Source: a virus
Taxonomy: Duplodnaviria; Caudoviricetes
Strand: one strand, 5' to 3'
IMG/VR virus record: IMGVR_UViG_3300021255_000131
Span: 32,001 to 96,000 of that record
Length of the DNA: 64,000 bases
Shown here in pieces: positions 27,833-36,267 of this stretch. The position numbers and the translations under genes are program-made. Below the pieces are notes generated by a model. It saw nothing but the letters and a program-made list of their open reading frames with translations, searched no databases and was not told the origin of the DNA. Position 1 is the stretch's first letter, and each line of letters opens with the position of its first letter.

Positions 27833-27903
27833 CTGAGGCGGCGGGAGTTGAACCTGCGATGCGGGAGTCAAAGTCCCGTGCCTTACCGTTTGGCGACGCC
27901 TCA
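27833..27903 (-). tRNA. tRNA-Gln(TTG)
   Basis: TGAGGCG acceptor, cggga-CTTTGAC-tcccg, GGTTCAACTCC. Confidence 0.88.
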
Positions 27904-27944
27904 ATAAAAAGAGCCTGCGTGCCGAACCTATAGCACGCAGGCTT
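27904..27944 (-). terminator. Rho-independent terminator-like hairpin inside tRNA cluster
   Basis: agcctgcgtgc/gcacgcaggct stem followed by T tract on minus strand. Confidence 0.55.
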
Positions 27945-27982
27945 GCGCAGAAAGGATTGCTGACTTGTTTCACATCAGCAAC

Positions 27983-28058
27983 TGGTGGAGACTGGCGGAA
28001 TTGAACCGCCGGCTTCCTGCTTGCAAAGCAGGCGCTCTGCTAACTGAGTTAAGTCCCC
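27983..28058 (-). tRNA. tRNA-Ala(TGC)
   Basis: GGGGACT acceptor with G3:U70, cctgc-TTTGCAA-gcagg, encoded CCA. Confidence 0.92.
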
Positions 28059-28158
28059 ACGTGCACCGGTTAGATTATAGCGCCCAAACCGGTGCCAAAA
28101 CGACGTACAGAAGTGCCGGTCATGACTCCGGCATACTGCCCCCTGTAAGGCAGCATCT

Positions 28159-28228
28159 TAGACCCTGCCTGACTCGAACAGGCGCATAAGCCATACTCGC
28201 TTCGCTCTGCCAACTGAGCTAAGGATCC
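28159..28228 (-). tRNA. tRNA-like RNA with aberrant anticodon arm
   Basis: Normal acceptor, D and T arms; anticodon arm aagc-GAGTATG-gctt lacks U33. Confidence 0.6.
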
Positions 28229-28479
28229 ATATGCGCGTAAACCTCACCGATGTAAACCGCGCCGCTGCGTTCTTACGTCTGCCGACTTCTTCGCTTTTGC
28301 TCCATTAGCAGATCAAACGTCAGCTTTAACCGCTTCTCTCTTGTGCGGAGGTTTTGTTTGCAACGCTGCAAACAAGGTGTGGGATTGGATCAAAGGCAAG
28401 ACTAATTGCGCAACCCAAGCCTTCTGTTCCAACGGCGTTGCGCGTGAGCTGCGCCATTTTCCGGCAGCTCGTCCCGACG

Positions 28480-28552
28480 AGGCCCCTGCGTGACTTGAAC
28501 ACGCGACAAGCTGGTTAACAGCCAGCTGCTCTGCCAGCTGAGCTAAGGGGCC
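28480..28552 (-). tRNA. tRNA-Asn(GTT)
   Basis: GGCCCCT acceptor, gctgg-CTGTTAA-ccagc, GTTCAAGTC. Confidence 0.88.
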
Positions 28553-28555
28553 ATG

Positions 28556-28771
28556 TTACAGCATTTGAAAAAATTCGGATTCTTCTACGGGGGCGCACAG
28601 ATAATCGAAATCGTCGTCTTCGACCCAATACTTGCCACCGGGGCCGTCAACAAAGATGTTACTGCCATTGACCTCCAGGACCGTGCCGATCCAGCCCGTT
28701 TTTGTAATCGAATAATAAACCGACGCTTTTTCGTTGCCGACGACCTCGTCGCCTATAGAAAATTTAGGCAT
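28556..28771 (-). CDS. small SH3/KOW-like family protein
   Basis: FSIGDEVVG...EFFQML. Confidence 0.7.
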   Translation of the reverse strand: MPKFSIGDEVVGNEKASVYYSITKTGWIGTVLEVNGSNIFVDGPGGKYWVEDDDFDYLCAPVEESEFFQML

Positions 28772-28943
28772 AGAAGACTCCTTTCAAAAAAGATCTCGCC
28801 CGGGGACGTAAGTTATTGTGGAACCGTCCCCGGACTTGCAGTCACACTGCCATGGCCTGTTTATCCTGCGGCATTTATGGACTGTGCCGTAAACCTCGCG
28901 TTGCATCCGAGCTCAACGCATGCTCTGAAAGGAGGTAATCACA

Positions 28944-29007
28944 TGGCTCCCTGCCCGAGTCGAACGGGCTATTCCAATATGGCGTGTCGTCGTAACACTA
29001 TGGGAGC
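28944..29007 (-). tRNA. truncated tRNA-like RNA (vestigial anticodon arm)
   Basis: GCTCCC/GGGAGC acceptor, gtgt/acac D-stem, gcccg-TTCGACT-cgggc T-arm, only cca-TAT-tgg in between; 64 nt. Confidence 0.55.
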
Positions 29008-29264
29008 ATGGCGGTGAATTCCTCTATGTCGACATCATTATATGGCGAAAAATACTCATCGTGCGTTAATTGAAAAGTCTTTCCGTTGGCCCAGCGGTAG
29101 CAATATTCGCCGCAGTCATACCTTAAGAATACGACGGGATAATTCGTTTCGTCCAGCAGCATCCTGGCGAAGCCAGGGTTCATACCTTCTCCTCTGGAGG
29201 TGCGTCTACTGGCCGCGCATTCGCGGCCGTAGTCGTTAAGGATCAAAAGATCTCCTGTTTCCAT
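28998..29264 (-). CDS. small SH3/KOW-like family protein
   Basis: METGDLLIL...EEFTAMLP. Confidence 0.65.
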   Translation of the reverse strand: METGDLLILNDYGRECAASRRTSRGEGMNPGFARMLLDETNYPVVFLRYDCGEYCYRWANGKTFQLTHDEYFSPYNDVDIEEFTAMLP

Positions 29265-29273
29265 ACAAACTCC

Positions 29274-29546
29274 TTATAGCAATTTTAAAAAATCATCTTC
29301 AGCAGCCTCTTCGACGTACGGTATGATATAATGACCTTCGAGCCCCAGACAATAATATGAGCCTATGTGTTCTGCCAATTCAAAGCACCCATCTTGCACT
29401 TTGGTGATCATCAGCGGCTTTCCGTTGGCGAAATCTCGTCCGAGTTTGAGTTTTTCCGCTGAAAAACTGCTCATGTAAATTTGTCTGACGTGAGCTGCTT
29501 CTTCCGGTTTTACTACAACCATATCGCCAACTTTTAATTTTTCCAT
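29274..29546 (-). CDS. small SH3/KOW-like family protein
   Basis: LKVGDMVVVK...DDFLKLL; start after GGAG at ATG 29546. Confidence 0.65.
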   Translation of the reverse strand: MEKLKVGDMVVVKPEEAAHVRQIYMSSFSAEKLKLGRDFANGKPLMITKVQDGCFELAEHIGSYYCLGLEGHYIIPYVEEAAEDDFLKLL

Positions 29547-29636
29547 TATTTCGTCTCCAGTCGCGGGTTTATAAATTTTAAAAAGCGTCATTACGGCAAG
29601 ACAGCTTGGCAAAGCAGTGGTAACTTCGGCCACGGT

Positions 29637-29677
29637 AAAAAAGCCGGGATAGCCCAGGAGGAGGGAGCTATCCCGGC
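29637..29677 (-). terminator. Rho-independent terminator
   Basis: gccgggatagc/gctatcccggc stem plus T tract on minus strand. Confidence 0.65.
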
Positions 29678-29757
29678 AACGGTGAGGAGGTGATGCGCTC
29701 TTGTACGGCTTGACCGACGTTGACGGTCGCGGCCGCATAAAAAGGCGGAGCTGCCTT

Positions 29758-29865
29758 TCACAGCTCCGCGTCGTCGTCAAGTTCTTCAGCGTCTTCGAAG
29801 AGCGCCTCCGCGATATAGAAGGCCTCTATATCCTCAAAGGAGGCGTTTTCGCTGTACGGATCCAT
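29758..29865 (-). CDS. 35-aa highly acidic peptide
   Basis: MDPYSENASFEDIEAFYIAEALFEDAEELDDDAEL, starts 4 nt after ssb stop. Confidence 0.5.
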   Translation of the reverse strand: MDPYSENASFEDIEAFYIAEALFEDAEELDDDAEL

Positions 29866-29869
29866 CTGC

Positions 29870-30274
29870 TTAGCCGAACGGGAACTCGTCGGGCTCCTCG
29901 GTCGCGGGAGCGGGAGCCGCGGGGGCTTCCTCGCCGTCACGCTTCTGCGCAGACAGGAACTCGAAGTTCTGGATGACGTTGATTTCGGGGCTGGCACGCC
30001 AGGACCCATCCTGCGTGGACTGATAGACCGACACCTTCAGCGGGCCTTCGACGAGCACCTGGGTGCCCTTCTTCAGGTACGGAGCGGTGTTGGTGGCCTG
30101 ATTGCGCCACATGGTGCAGCGGACATAGGTGACGGGGCGCTGGCCCTGTTCGTCACGGCGGCCGGAGTTAGCGGCGACGGTGAATGTGCACACGGGCGTC
30201 TGCACGCCAGAAACATTGCGGTTGACCAGCACAGCGTCATTGGTCAGATGTCCTACGATGGTGAGCTTATTCAT
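29870..30274 (-). CDS. ssb: second single-stranded DNA-binding protein
   Basis: MNKLTIVGHL, FTVAAN, YLKKGTQVLVEG, DEFPF near C-terminus. Confidence 0.9.
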   Translation of the reverse strand: MNKLTIVGHLTNDAVLVNRNVSGVQTPVCTFTVAANSGRRDEQGQRPVTYVRCTMWRNQATNTAPYLKKGTQVLVEGPLKVSVYQSTQDGSWRASPEINVIQNFEFLSAQKRDGEEAPAAPAPATEEPDEFPFG

Positions 30275-30509
30275 GTGATACCTCTTTCTGCCCGGCTAAC
30301 GGGCGTGATCAATATTGGCGTAAGCCGAAGTTTTAGAACCTGTAGCAGGTTCAAAATATATCGTTTAGCGCCGGAGCATTCGTCTGCAGCGCTTAACGAG
30401 CGTATTTGCCGGCCGCGGAAATTGTTTTCTTTTCCCGCAAACCTTTCATCATGGCTGCGGCCCGTCCCCGGGCCGCCCTGCTGGCGTAAAGACCAGCTGG
30501 GGAGGGGCG

Positions 30510-30689
30510 TCAGGCTTTCAATAAGCCGGTCGCAGGAAGCGGCGCTTTCTCGCCGAGATATTTGCTGAGCGTTCTGGCGATCTTGAGCCACGCTTCTCTG
30601 TCGTGTTCTTCCCTGGCGATCTTGTTGAGCACGCAGCCCATCGTCGGGTCGAGCTGCTTGGAGCCGTTGTAATACAAGCTTTTATCCAT
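30510..30689 (-). CDS. small hypothetical protein
   Basis: MDKSLYYNGSKQLDPT after AAAGGAG. Confidence 0.6.
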   Translation of the reverse strand: MDKSLYYNGSKQLDPTMGCVLNKIAREEHDREAWLKIARTLSKYLGEKAPLPATGLLKA

Positions 30690-30858
30690 ACGACAATCTC
30701 CTTTCAGGCTACGTAAACCTTTCATCCTGGCTGCGCGGCGTCCCCGCCGCGCCCTGCTGGCGTAACAACTGCCGGGCAGCGAAAATAAAGCACTTGTGCC
30801 GGCTTTCTATGGTTAAAAAAGTGAACTTAAAATGCGAAAAATGTAACAGAAATTTAAC

Positions 30859-30887
30859 TTGACAGCGATTTTTCGCGGCAGTATAAT
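30859..30887 (+). promoter_or_regulatory. consensus sigmaA promoter
   Basis: TTGACA-17-TATAAT, AT-rich upstream element. Confidence 0.8.
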
Positions 30888-31040
30888 GGAATCCCGAGAA
30901 AAACCACCATGGTGCCGCCCGTCCTCGGGCGGCGTTGCCAAGAAGATAGAAACGAGCCAAGCAAGAACAGTGAACATTAGCTTGGCCGGCTTAAGGCGAG
31001 ATATGGTTATAAACATGTATAATCTGGTACCAGAAAATAC

Positions 31041-31076
31041 TGTCGACATTCAAGAATCGATATATATGGAAAGAGA
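31041..31076 (+). promoter_or_regulatory. 28-bp conserved element, copy 2
   Basis: TGTCGACATTCAAGAATCGATATATATG-GAAAGAGA; one mismatch in 36 bp versus 41248-41283. Confidence 0.7.
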
Positions 31077-31637
31077 AGCCCAAAACGCAGAAGTACGCGA
31101 ATCGCGTGAAGCGCGATTCGCCTGATAACTACACGACGGTTAAAAGATAACCGAAGTGAAGCTGACAGGACGGCATTGAATAAAGCGTCGTTCCCATGGA
31201 AGGAACGACGCGCTGAAACAGTGAAAACTTAGGCTTGAAGAGAAACGCAGGACCTGCATAACAGGACCTGCAATGAAAAATATCTCCCGTCGCCCATGGA
31301 AGGCGACGGGAGGGTGATGAAGATAACATGTCTAAAGAAAGAAAAGAACCTCGAAGCTGACACGCTGAAGTCAAAAGAAAGAAACGAACTTTCTTTCTTT
31401 TCAGGCACGATGAAGATAACTACAGAGGGTAGAGAGATAACACCTCCTCGATATAGGAATAAAAAAGGAATCAAAAGGACAAAACTGTGAAAGAACTACT
31501 CGTGCTTCTGAGTAAACACAAGATATTGTATCCGATTCCCCTCCTTTCTACTACATCTTGATATATCTCCAATATTGCTGATATATCACCTCTTTTCCTG
31601 TTATCGTTCGGCATGGTTTTAAGTTAGCAGTGTAAAT

Positions 31638-31672
31638 AGGGGAGCGCCGGTGAAGCGCTCCCCTTATTTTTT
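31638..31672. terminator. probable bidirectional terminator
   Basis: aggggagcgc/gcgctcccct stem with T tract on + strand, right after stop of minus-strand gene. Confidence 0.65.
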
Positions 31673-31973
31673 ACATATGCACGTCGTAGCCTTTCAGCCA
31701 GTCAGGATTCACCGCCATTGTATCCGCTAACACGGTGAACTTGTCATCTTTCGGGCAGTACTTTTCATGTTCGTAGTTGTAGACATCCTGGTATGAAATT
31801 CTGATGCCGGATCCGTTGGCTTTCAGGTTTGCCATTTTGACGAGCTGTATTCTGGACATGGGCTTACCGTCAACACCGTGCATCGTTCTCCACTGGATAG
31901 AGCGTTGGCCGAGCGTAGCAACTTTGTGGGTGGACACTCTGCGATAGGCTACCGAATTGTAGGGATACATCAT
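31671..31973 (-). CDS. XRE-family HTH regulator
   Basis: ISYQDVYNYEHEKYCPK...LADTMAVNPDWLKG. Confidence 0.75.
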   Translation of the reverse strand: MMYPYNSVAYRRVSTHKVATLGQRSIQWRTMHGVDGKPMSRIQLVKMANLKANGSGIRISYQDVYNYEHEKYCPKDDKFTVLADTMAVNPDWLKGYDVHM

Positions 31974-31988
31974 AATACGTTTCCTCCT

Positions 31989-32399
31989 TTACGGGCGCGG
32001 CAGTGATACTGCGTTCCATTCACGGGCAAGAGACTCGCCTTTGGCTTTCGACCAGATATAGCCTATTAGCCGGCTGTCGTTGGTAGCATGGTTGGTCCAG
32101 CCGACACGATACGCTGATTCGGGCATGATGGCGTGATCATACTTGCCGATTTCACGGACGTCTCCTTCATCGAAGACGATCTCGTGAAACACGGGCTTGA
32201 AGATTGTACGATCGTACTTGTTATCGGCGTGCGATGGGAACTGGATGAACATCGATCTGTCATTGACGATCTGCGTGCGGTATTCGGTGTCACTGACCTT
32301 GTGAAATTCACCAAGTCCTTTTGCTCCGGACATTGCTGTGACGATACTCATCACGTCCGGTTCATCAATCTCTGGTACGACGACTACTTTTCTCTCCAT
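31989..32399 (-). CDS. hypothetical protein
   Basis: 136 aa ORF with AAAGGAG. Confidence 0.65.
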   Translation of the reverse strand: MERKVVVVPEIDEPDVMSIVTAMSGAKGLGEFHKVSDTEYRTQIVNDRSMFIQFPSHADNKYDRTIFKPVFHEIVFDEGDVREIGKYDHAIMPESAYRVGWTNHATNDSRLIGYIWSKAKGESLAREWNAVSLPRP

Positions 32400-32477
32400 A
32401 AAAAACTCCTTTCAAACCTGAAGTTAAATATCATCATGGTCCCCGCCCGTTTCCGGGCGGGGCAGTGAACAGCCTCG

Positions 32478-32825
32478 TTACGGACGATTGTAGCGCGCGG
32501 TGCTGACTTCCGCGACGCGGCGGGTGACGATGAGTTTGCTGGATCCATAGCCGCAGAGCCAGGACGTGCTGACGCCCATGACCTTGCACAGGACGGTCAT
32601 GTTGTTCATCTTCGGCGTGCAGCGGTTGTGCACGTACGAGTTGATGATGGACTTGCTGAAGTTGACGCCGTAGTGGCGGCCATAGACGTTGCAGGCCCTG
32701 GTGAGCTCCGCCTGCGTCGTGCCGGTCTGGATGAGCCAGGCCTTGATGCGATCACCGATATACTCGGTGCGTTTGGTGTAACCGTGTTCCATCTTCTGCC
32801 ACGAGCAACTGTAAGGCTTATTCAT
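32478..32825 (-). CDS. XRE-family HTH regulator
   Basis: TQAELT...SKSIINSYVHNRCTP...GVSTSWLCG. Confidence 0.8.
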   Translation of the reverse strand: MNKPYSCSWQKMEHGYTKRTEYIGDRIKAWLIQTGTTQAELTRACNVYGRHYGVNFSKSIINSYVHNRCTPKMNNMTVLCKVMGVSTSWLCGYGSSKLIVTRRVAEVSTARYNRP

Positions 32826-32998
32826 GTGTGTTACCTCCCAAGATTATTGAAGTGATGACTTCACCATGGCGCCGCCCGTCCTCGGGCGGCATTCAGCATC
32901 AGCCTGCTGAACCAGGCTTCGAACGGTCAACAGGCATGTTACGAGAAAAAATATAGGGCCCCGCAAAAATAGGGGACCCTCATACATAGACGGTGTGC

Positions 32999-33466
32999 TT
33001 ACTTAACGGGCGTCACTTCGATCAACTGTAGTTTCGCCAGATCACGCTGGGCGCAGGCTTCCTCGTCGCAGCGCTCGTTCAGGGGATGACCGGCATGACC
33101 CTTCACTTTAGTGAAGGTAACCTGATGGATGTCAAGCTGGTTCTTGAGCGCGGTCCAGAGATCGACATTCTGGACAGGCTTCTTATCCGCCTTGACCCAG
33201 TTGTTGGCGATCCACTTGTCTAAGTAGCCGCCGTTGATCTGGTCGACGATATAGGCCGAGTCCGTGAGGACTTCAACTTCACAGGGAAAATGGAGCTCCT
33301 TGAGGCCGCGCACGACGGCTCTCAGCTCCATGCGGTTGTTGGTGGTCTGTGGGCTATTGCCGGAGACCATCATTTCACGGTCTTGACACTGCAGGATCGC
33401 GCACCAGCCCCCGGGGCCTGGATTGCCGGAGCACGCGCCGTCTGTAGCGATGGTCACGTGATACAT
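32999..33466 (-). CDS. rnhA: ribonuclease HI
   Basis: TDGACSGNPGPGGW, TTNNRMEL, TDSAY, VQNVDLW, VKGHAGHPLNERCD. Confidence 0.95.
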   Translation of the reverse strand: MYHVTIATDGACSGNPGPGGWCAILQCQDREMMVSGNSPQTTNNRMELRAVVRGLKELHFPCEVEVLTDSAYIVDQINGGYLDKWIANNWVKADKKPVQNVDLWTALKNQLDIHQVTFTKVKGHAGHPLNERCDEEACAQRDLAKLQLIEVTPVK

Positions 33467-34289
33467 AAGATGTCCTCCTTAACGAAAATCGCGGCGGACC
33501 CTTTGCGGGTGCCGCCGCTTGTTGTAATTGAGACGCCAGCGCGGGAAGCGCTGACGCAGATTCCAGATGGCTTCAGTAGATTCGAGCCAGATGATGTCGC
33601 CGAGGATCAGGATGGTCAGGGCGGCGACGATGATGAACAGCGTCAGCATTTAGTCACCTCTTCGATGACGACGAAGCTGAAGCTTTCGCAGCGGCCCATT
33701 GTGGTGACCCAGTCATAACGAAGCTCGGCGTTGTGTCTGGTTTCGTCATAACCGTGAATAATGAATCTACCGTCGGACAGATACTCGATGACTTTGAACA
33801 TATACAGATCCTCCTTCTGCATTGCAATAAAATAAGCGCTGTGTGGCCAGCGCTAACCCCGGCGAGGCTTTTCGGGTCACCGATCCCGCTGCGGTTTATC
33901 GCGGTACGCAGGATATACCGGAAGAGCCTTACGTCTTCAGCCCGGTTGGCCAAAGGCGTAAAACTATTCATCATGGCCGCGCGCCGTCCTCGGCGCGCAT
34001 CTTGGGATACATTTTGCCGGAGAGTGACGATGCACAAACACCGCACAGACCGGACAGGAGTGCAATAATGCATTCGCCATGGCCGCGCGGTGTCCCCAAC
34101 GCGCTTAGCTTGGAAGTGAAGACGTCCAGCAACGCTCATAAATTGTAAGGATAGAAAGACGTCATCATAGAGGCAGGCAAGAATATGGGGAAACGCGGAG
34201 AGCTGGATCAGCCTGCATAAATTATGCAGAAAATTCGACAGGAATCACGCTTCAGCACCCGGAGACAGCACGCAGATGAAAACAGCGAG

Positions 34290-34470
34290 ATCGGGAGGTG
34301 GCGGAGCGGAGGCGAAGCCGAAGCGGAGCCCGTGAAGCGCAAAGCGACGACACGGGATACGGGACCGACAGACGCAGCACCCGGAAGCAAGCTTGAGAGT
34401 GAACCCAAGTAAGCAATGCGAAGCGAAGGCCGGCGAAGCCGTGACGCAGCGGAGCGAGCGAAGCGGGAAA
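34290..34470 (+). repeat. cluster of GCGRAGC mini-hairpin motifs in purine-skewed intergenic DNA
   Basis: Repeated gcggagc/gcgaagc/ggcgaagcc. Confidence 0.55.
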
Positions 34471-34583
34471 AATATGGGGCCCGGAAAAAAGGGGAGGCCC
34501 GCTCGTGGTGCAATGCCTGTCTTGACGGCGCAGGCAGGGCCGGAGCAGTTTAACGACGTGCTCAGGTCGGCTTGACTTAATGA

Positions 34584-34700
34584 TTAATCTGTGCTATCAT
34601 CGGGCTGGAGGTACTCACGGTATTCTTCTTCTGTCGCGAAGAGAATCCACTCGTCACCAACGAGCCCCATGTAGCCGCTTGCGGTGGAGTAGCCGTACAT
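34584..34700 (-). CDS. small phage protein
   Basis: MYGYSTASGYMGLVGDEWILFATEEEYREYL after AAAGGAGG. Confidence 0.65.
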   Translation of the reverse strand: MYGYSTASGYMGLVGDEWILFATEEEYREYLQPDDSTD

Positions 34701-34810
34701 GGAGAACCTCCTTTCCGCCGGATGTTGCTGCATCCGGCTTATTTTATTTTGAGCCTGGGGCTCACTCGCAGGCCGCAACGCGGCGGCCCGTGGTGTGAGA
34801 CTCAGACGAA

Positions 34811-36034
34811 TTACAGGTCGTCAGCGACGCAAAGAGAATAAAGAGAATTATATGGATCAACTGCTGCCGCTTTGCTGTCGTAAAGATAACGCCATTCTTC
34901 TTTCTCAGTACAGCCGCTCATTTCGACATAATAACTATCGTTGCGTACATATTCGTCTCTGATGTAGTAAGAACGACCGTCGACGCAGATTTCAAACGGC
35001 TCACCCTCGAAGAAATATCTGTCTTCAGGTTTGAAGGATTTCAGAAAAGAATCCAATATTTCTTCAAGTTCGTCGGACAGATCGATGTCGCAATGAGTCC
35101 ACGATTCTTTCAGAGAAAAGACATGAAAGATCGCGTTCAATGCATAATCTTTATTTGCTTTGTCGAAGTTAAAAGAATGCACTTCGACATAGCTCTGATT
35201 GCGAGAATCGGTATTTTCAAGCATGCTGAACGTAATCATTGCAACGTGGGCTTTATTCAGCTCGCTGAAGTACTTGACAGCCTTTTCCTTGGTCGCATAG
35301 CGCAGATCCATATAACCGTCTAGGATCCGATCATCCACGCGAACAATGTGATACAGGCCATCCGGGTCCTGGTCAAGGAACGAAGCGTCTTCAATGAGAT
35401 CAAGATTGATCGCTTCTTCAACGGACTGTTCCTGTACAGGCTCAATGCTATCGACAGCATCCATGTCATCAATGGCGTCGTTCATTTCGTCGATCGCTGC
35501 GTCGATGTCAATGTCAGGCGTTTCGGATTCCGGCATAGGCGCGACGCCCGCTTTTGGGGCGGGCGTCGGCTGGAGCTGGTCAGCATGGATGCTGTAGCCG
35601 GCCCACTTCGGGCCGCAGTTGTCGGCGGTGACGATCTGGCCGTCCCGGCTCAGGAACACTGGATAGCCGGCATGCAGACCATGCACATAGATCGTGGCGG
35701 CTTCCATGGAGTTGTTCGTCGTCTTGCTATAAACACGGCGGCCGGTCTTGATCTTGACTTCGTAGATGTGGGCGAAGCATACGCCGGTGATAGCCTGGGT
35801 GAGGGACATAGTGTAGTTCGCGGGGTTGGCGGTGTAAACATGGCGTCCTGTCTTAGTCGTCAAGATGACGCAGGCACGGATTACGGACGGTTCGCCGTCA
35901 GTGCCATACTCGATCATGACTCGGTCTGATTTGATCAACTGATCCATCTGGCGATACGCCTCCATAACGGAAGGCAGGTCATTCATAACGATTTTAATAC
36001 CGTATTTGTTGTTATAGCCGATGCTGATAGACAT
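34811..36034 (-). CDS. hypothetical early protein with acidic linker
   Basis: AAGGAGG before ATG 36034; about 407 aa. Confidence 0.75.
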   Translation of the reverse strand: MSISIGYNNKYGIKIVMNDLPSVMEAYRQMDQLIKSDRVMIEYGTDGEPSVIRACVILTTKTGRHVYTANPANYTMSLTQAITGVCFAHIYEVKIKTGRRVYSKTTNNSMEAATIYVHGLHAGYPVFLSRDGQIVTADNCGPKWAGYSIHADQLQPTPAPKAGVAPMPESETPDIDIDAAIDEMNDAIDDMDAVDSIEPVQEQSVEEAINLDLIEDASFLDQDPDGLYHIVRVDDRILDGYMDLRYATKEKAVKYFSELNKAHVAMITFSMLENTDSRNQSYVEVHSFNFDKANKDYALNAIFHVFSLKESWTHCDIDLSDELEEILDSFLKSFKPEDRYFFEGEPFEICVDGRSYYIRDEYVRNDSYYVEMSGCTEKEEWRYLYDSKAAAVDPYNSLYSLCVADDL

Positions 36035-36096
36035 AATGATTTCCTCCTTGTAATCTGATATTTTTTGTTGTATAATCACCCGCAGGGGGTGGTATC

Positions 36097-36267
36097 ATGG
36101 AAGAATTCGATACTCAGGCGCTGCAGGAAGAGAAAGCTCTTGCAGACATCGAGAAATCGCAAAAAGTACGCAAACTTAAACTTCTGAAAGATCAGAAGCT
36201 TCTCGAGCTCGAAGCCATCGAAGCGATGCTCAGCGAGCTCGAGAAAGACGAGGATTACCCCTTCTGA
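36097..36267 (+). CDS. 56-aa helical peptide ending DEDYPF
   Basis: Not in ORF track. Promoter TTGTAA-17-TATAAT (36048-36076), SD AGGGGG; converges on RNAP-2 stop. Confidence 0.65.
   Translation: MEEFDTQALQEEKALADIEKSQKVRKLKLLKDQKLLELEAIEAMLSELEKDEDYPF

Larger units (their letters stand above)
30450..34104 (-). repeat. seven dispersed CATGG + 8-bp GC hairpin (TCCY loop) elements
   Basis: Copies at 30450, 30726, 30908, 32435, 32865, 33972, 34078; stems differ in sequence but stay paired. Confidence 0.8.

Noticed and set aside
27983-28479. tmRNA
   Set aside because: The Ala acceptor belongs to a complete tRNA; no tag ORF or separate tmRNA 5' end recognised
30450-34104. CRISPR array or simple terminators
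   Set aside because: Spacing is irregular, stems vary in sequence, and no U tracts follow
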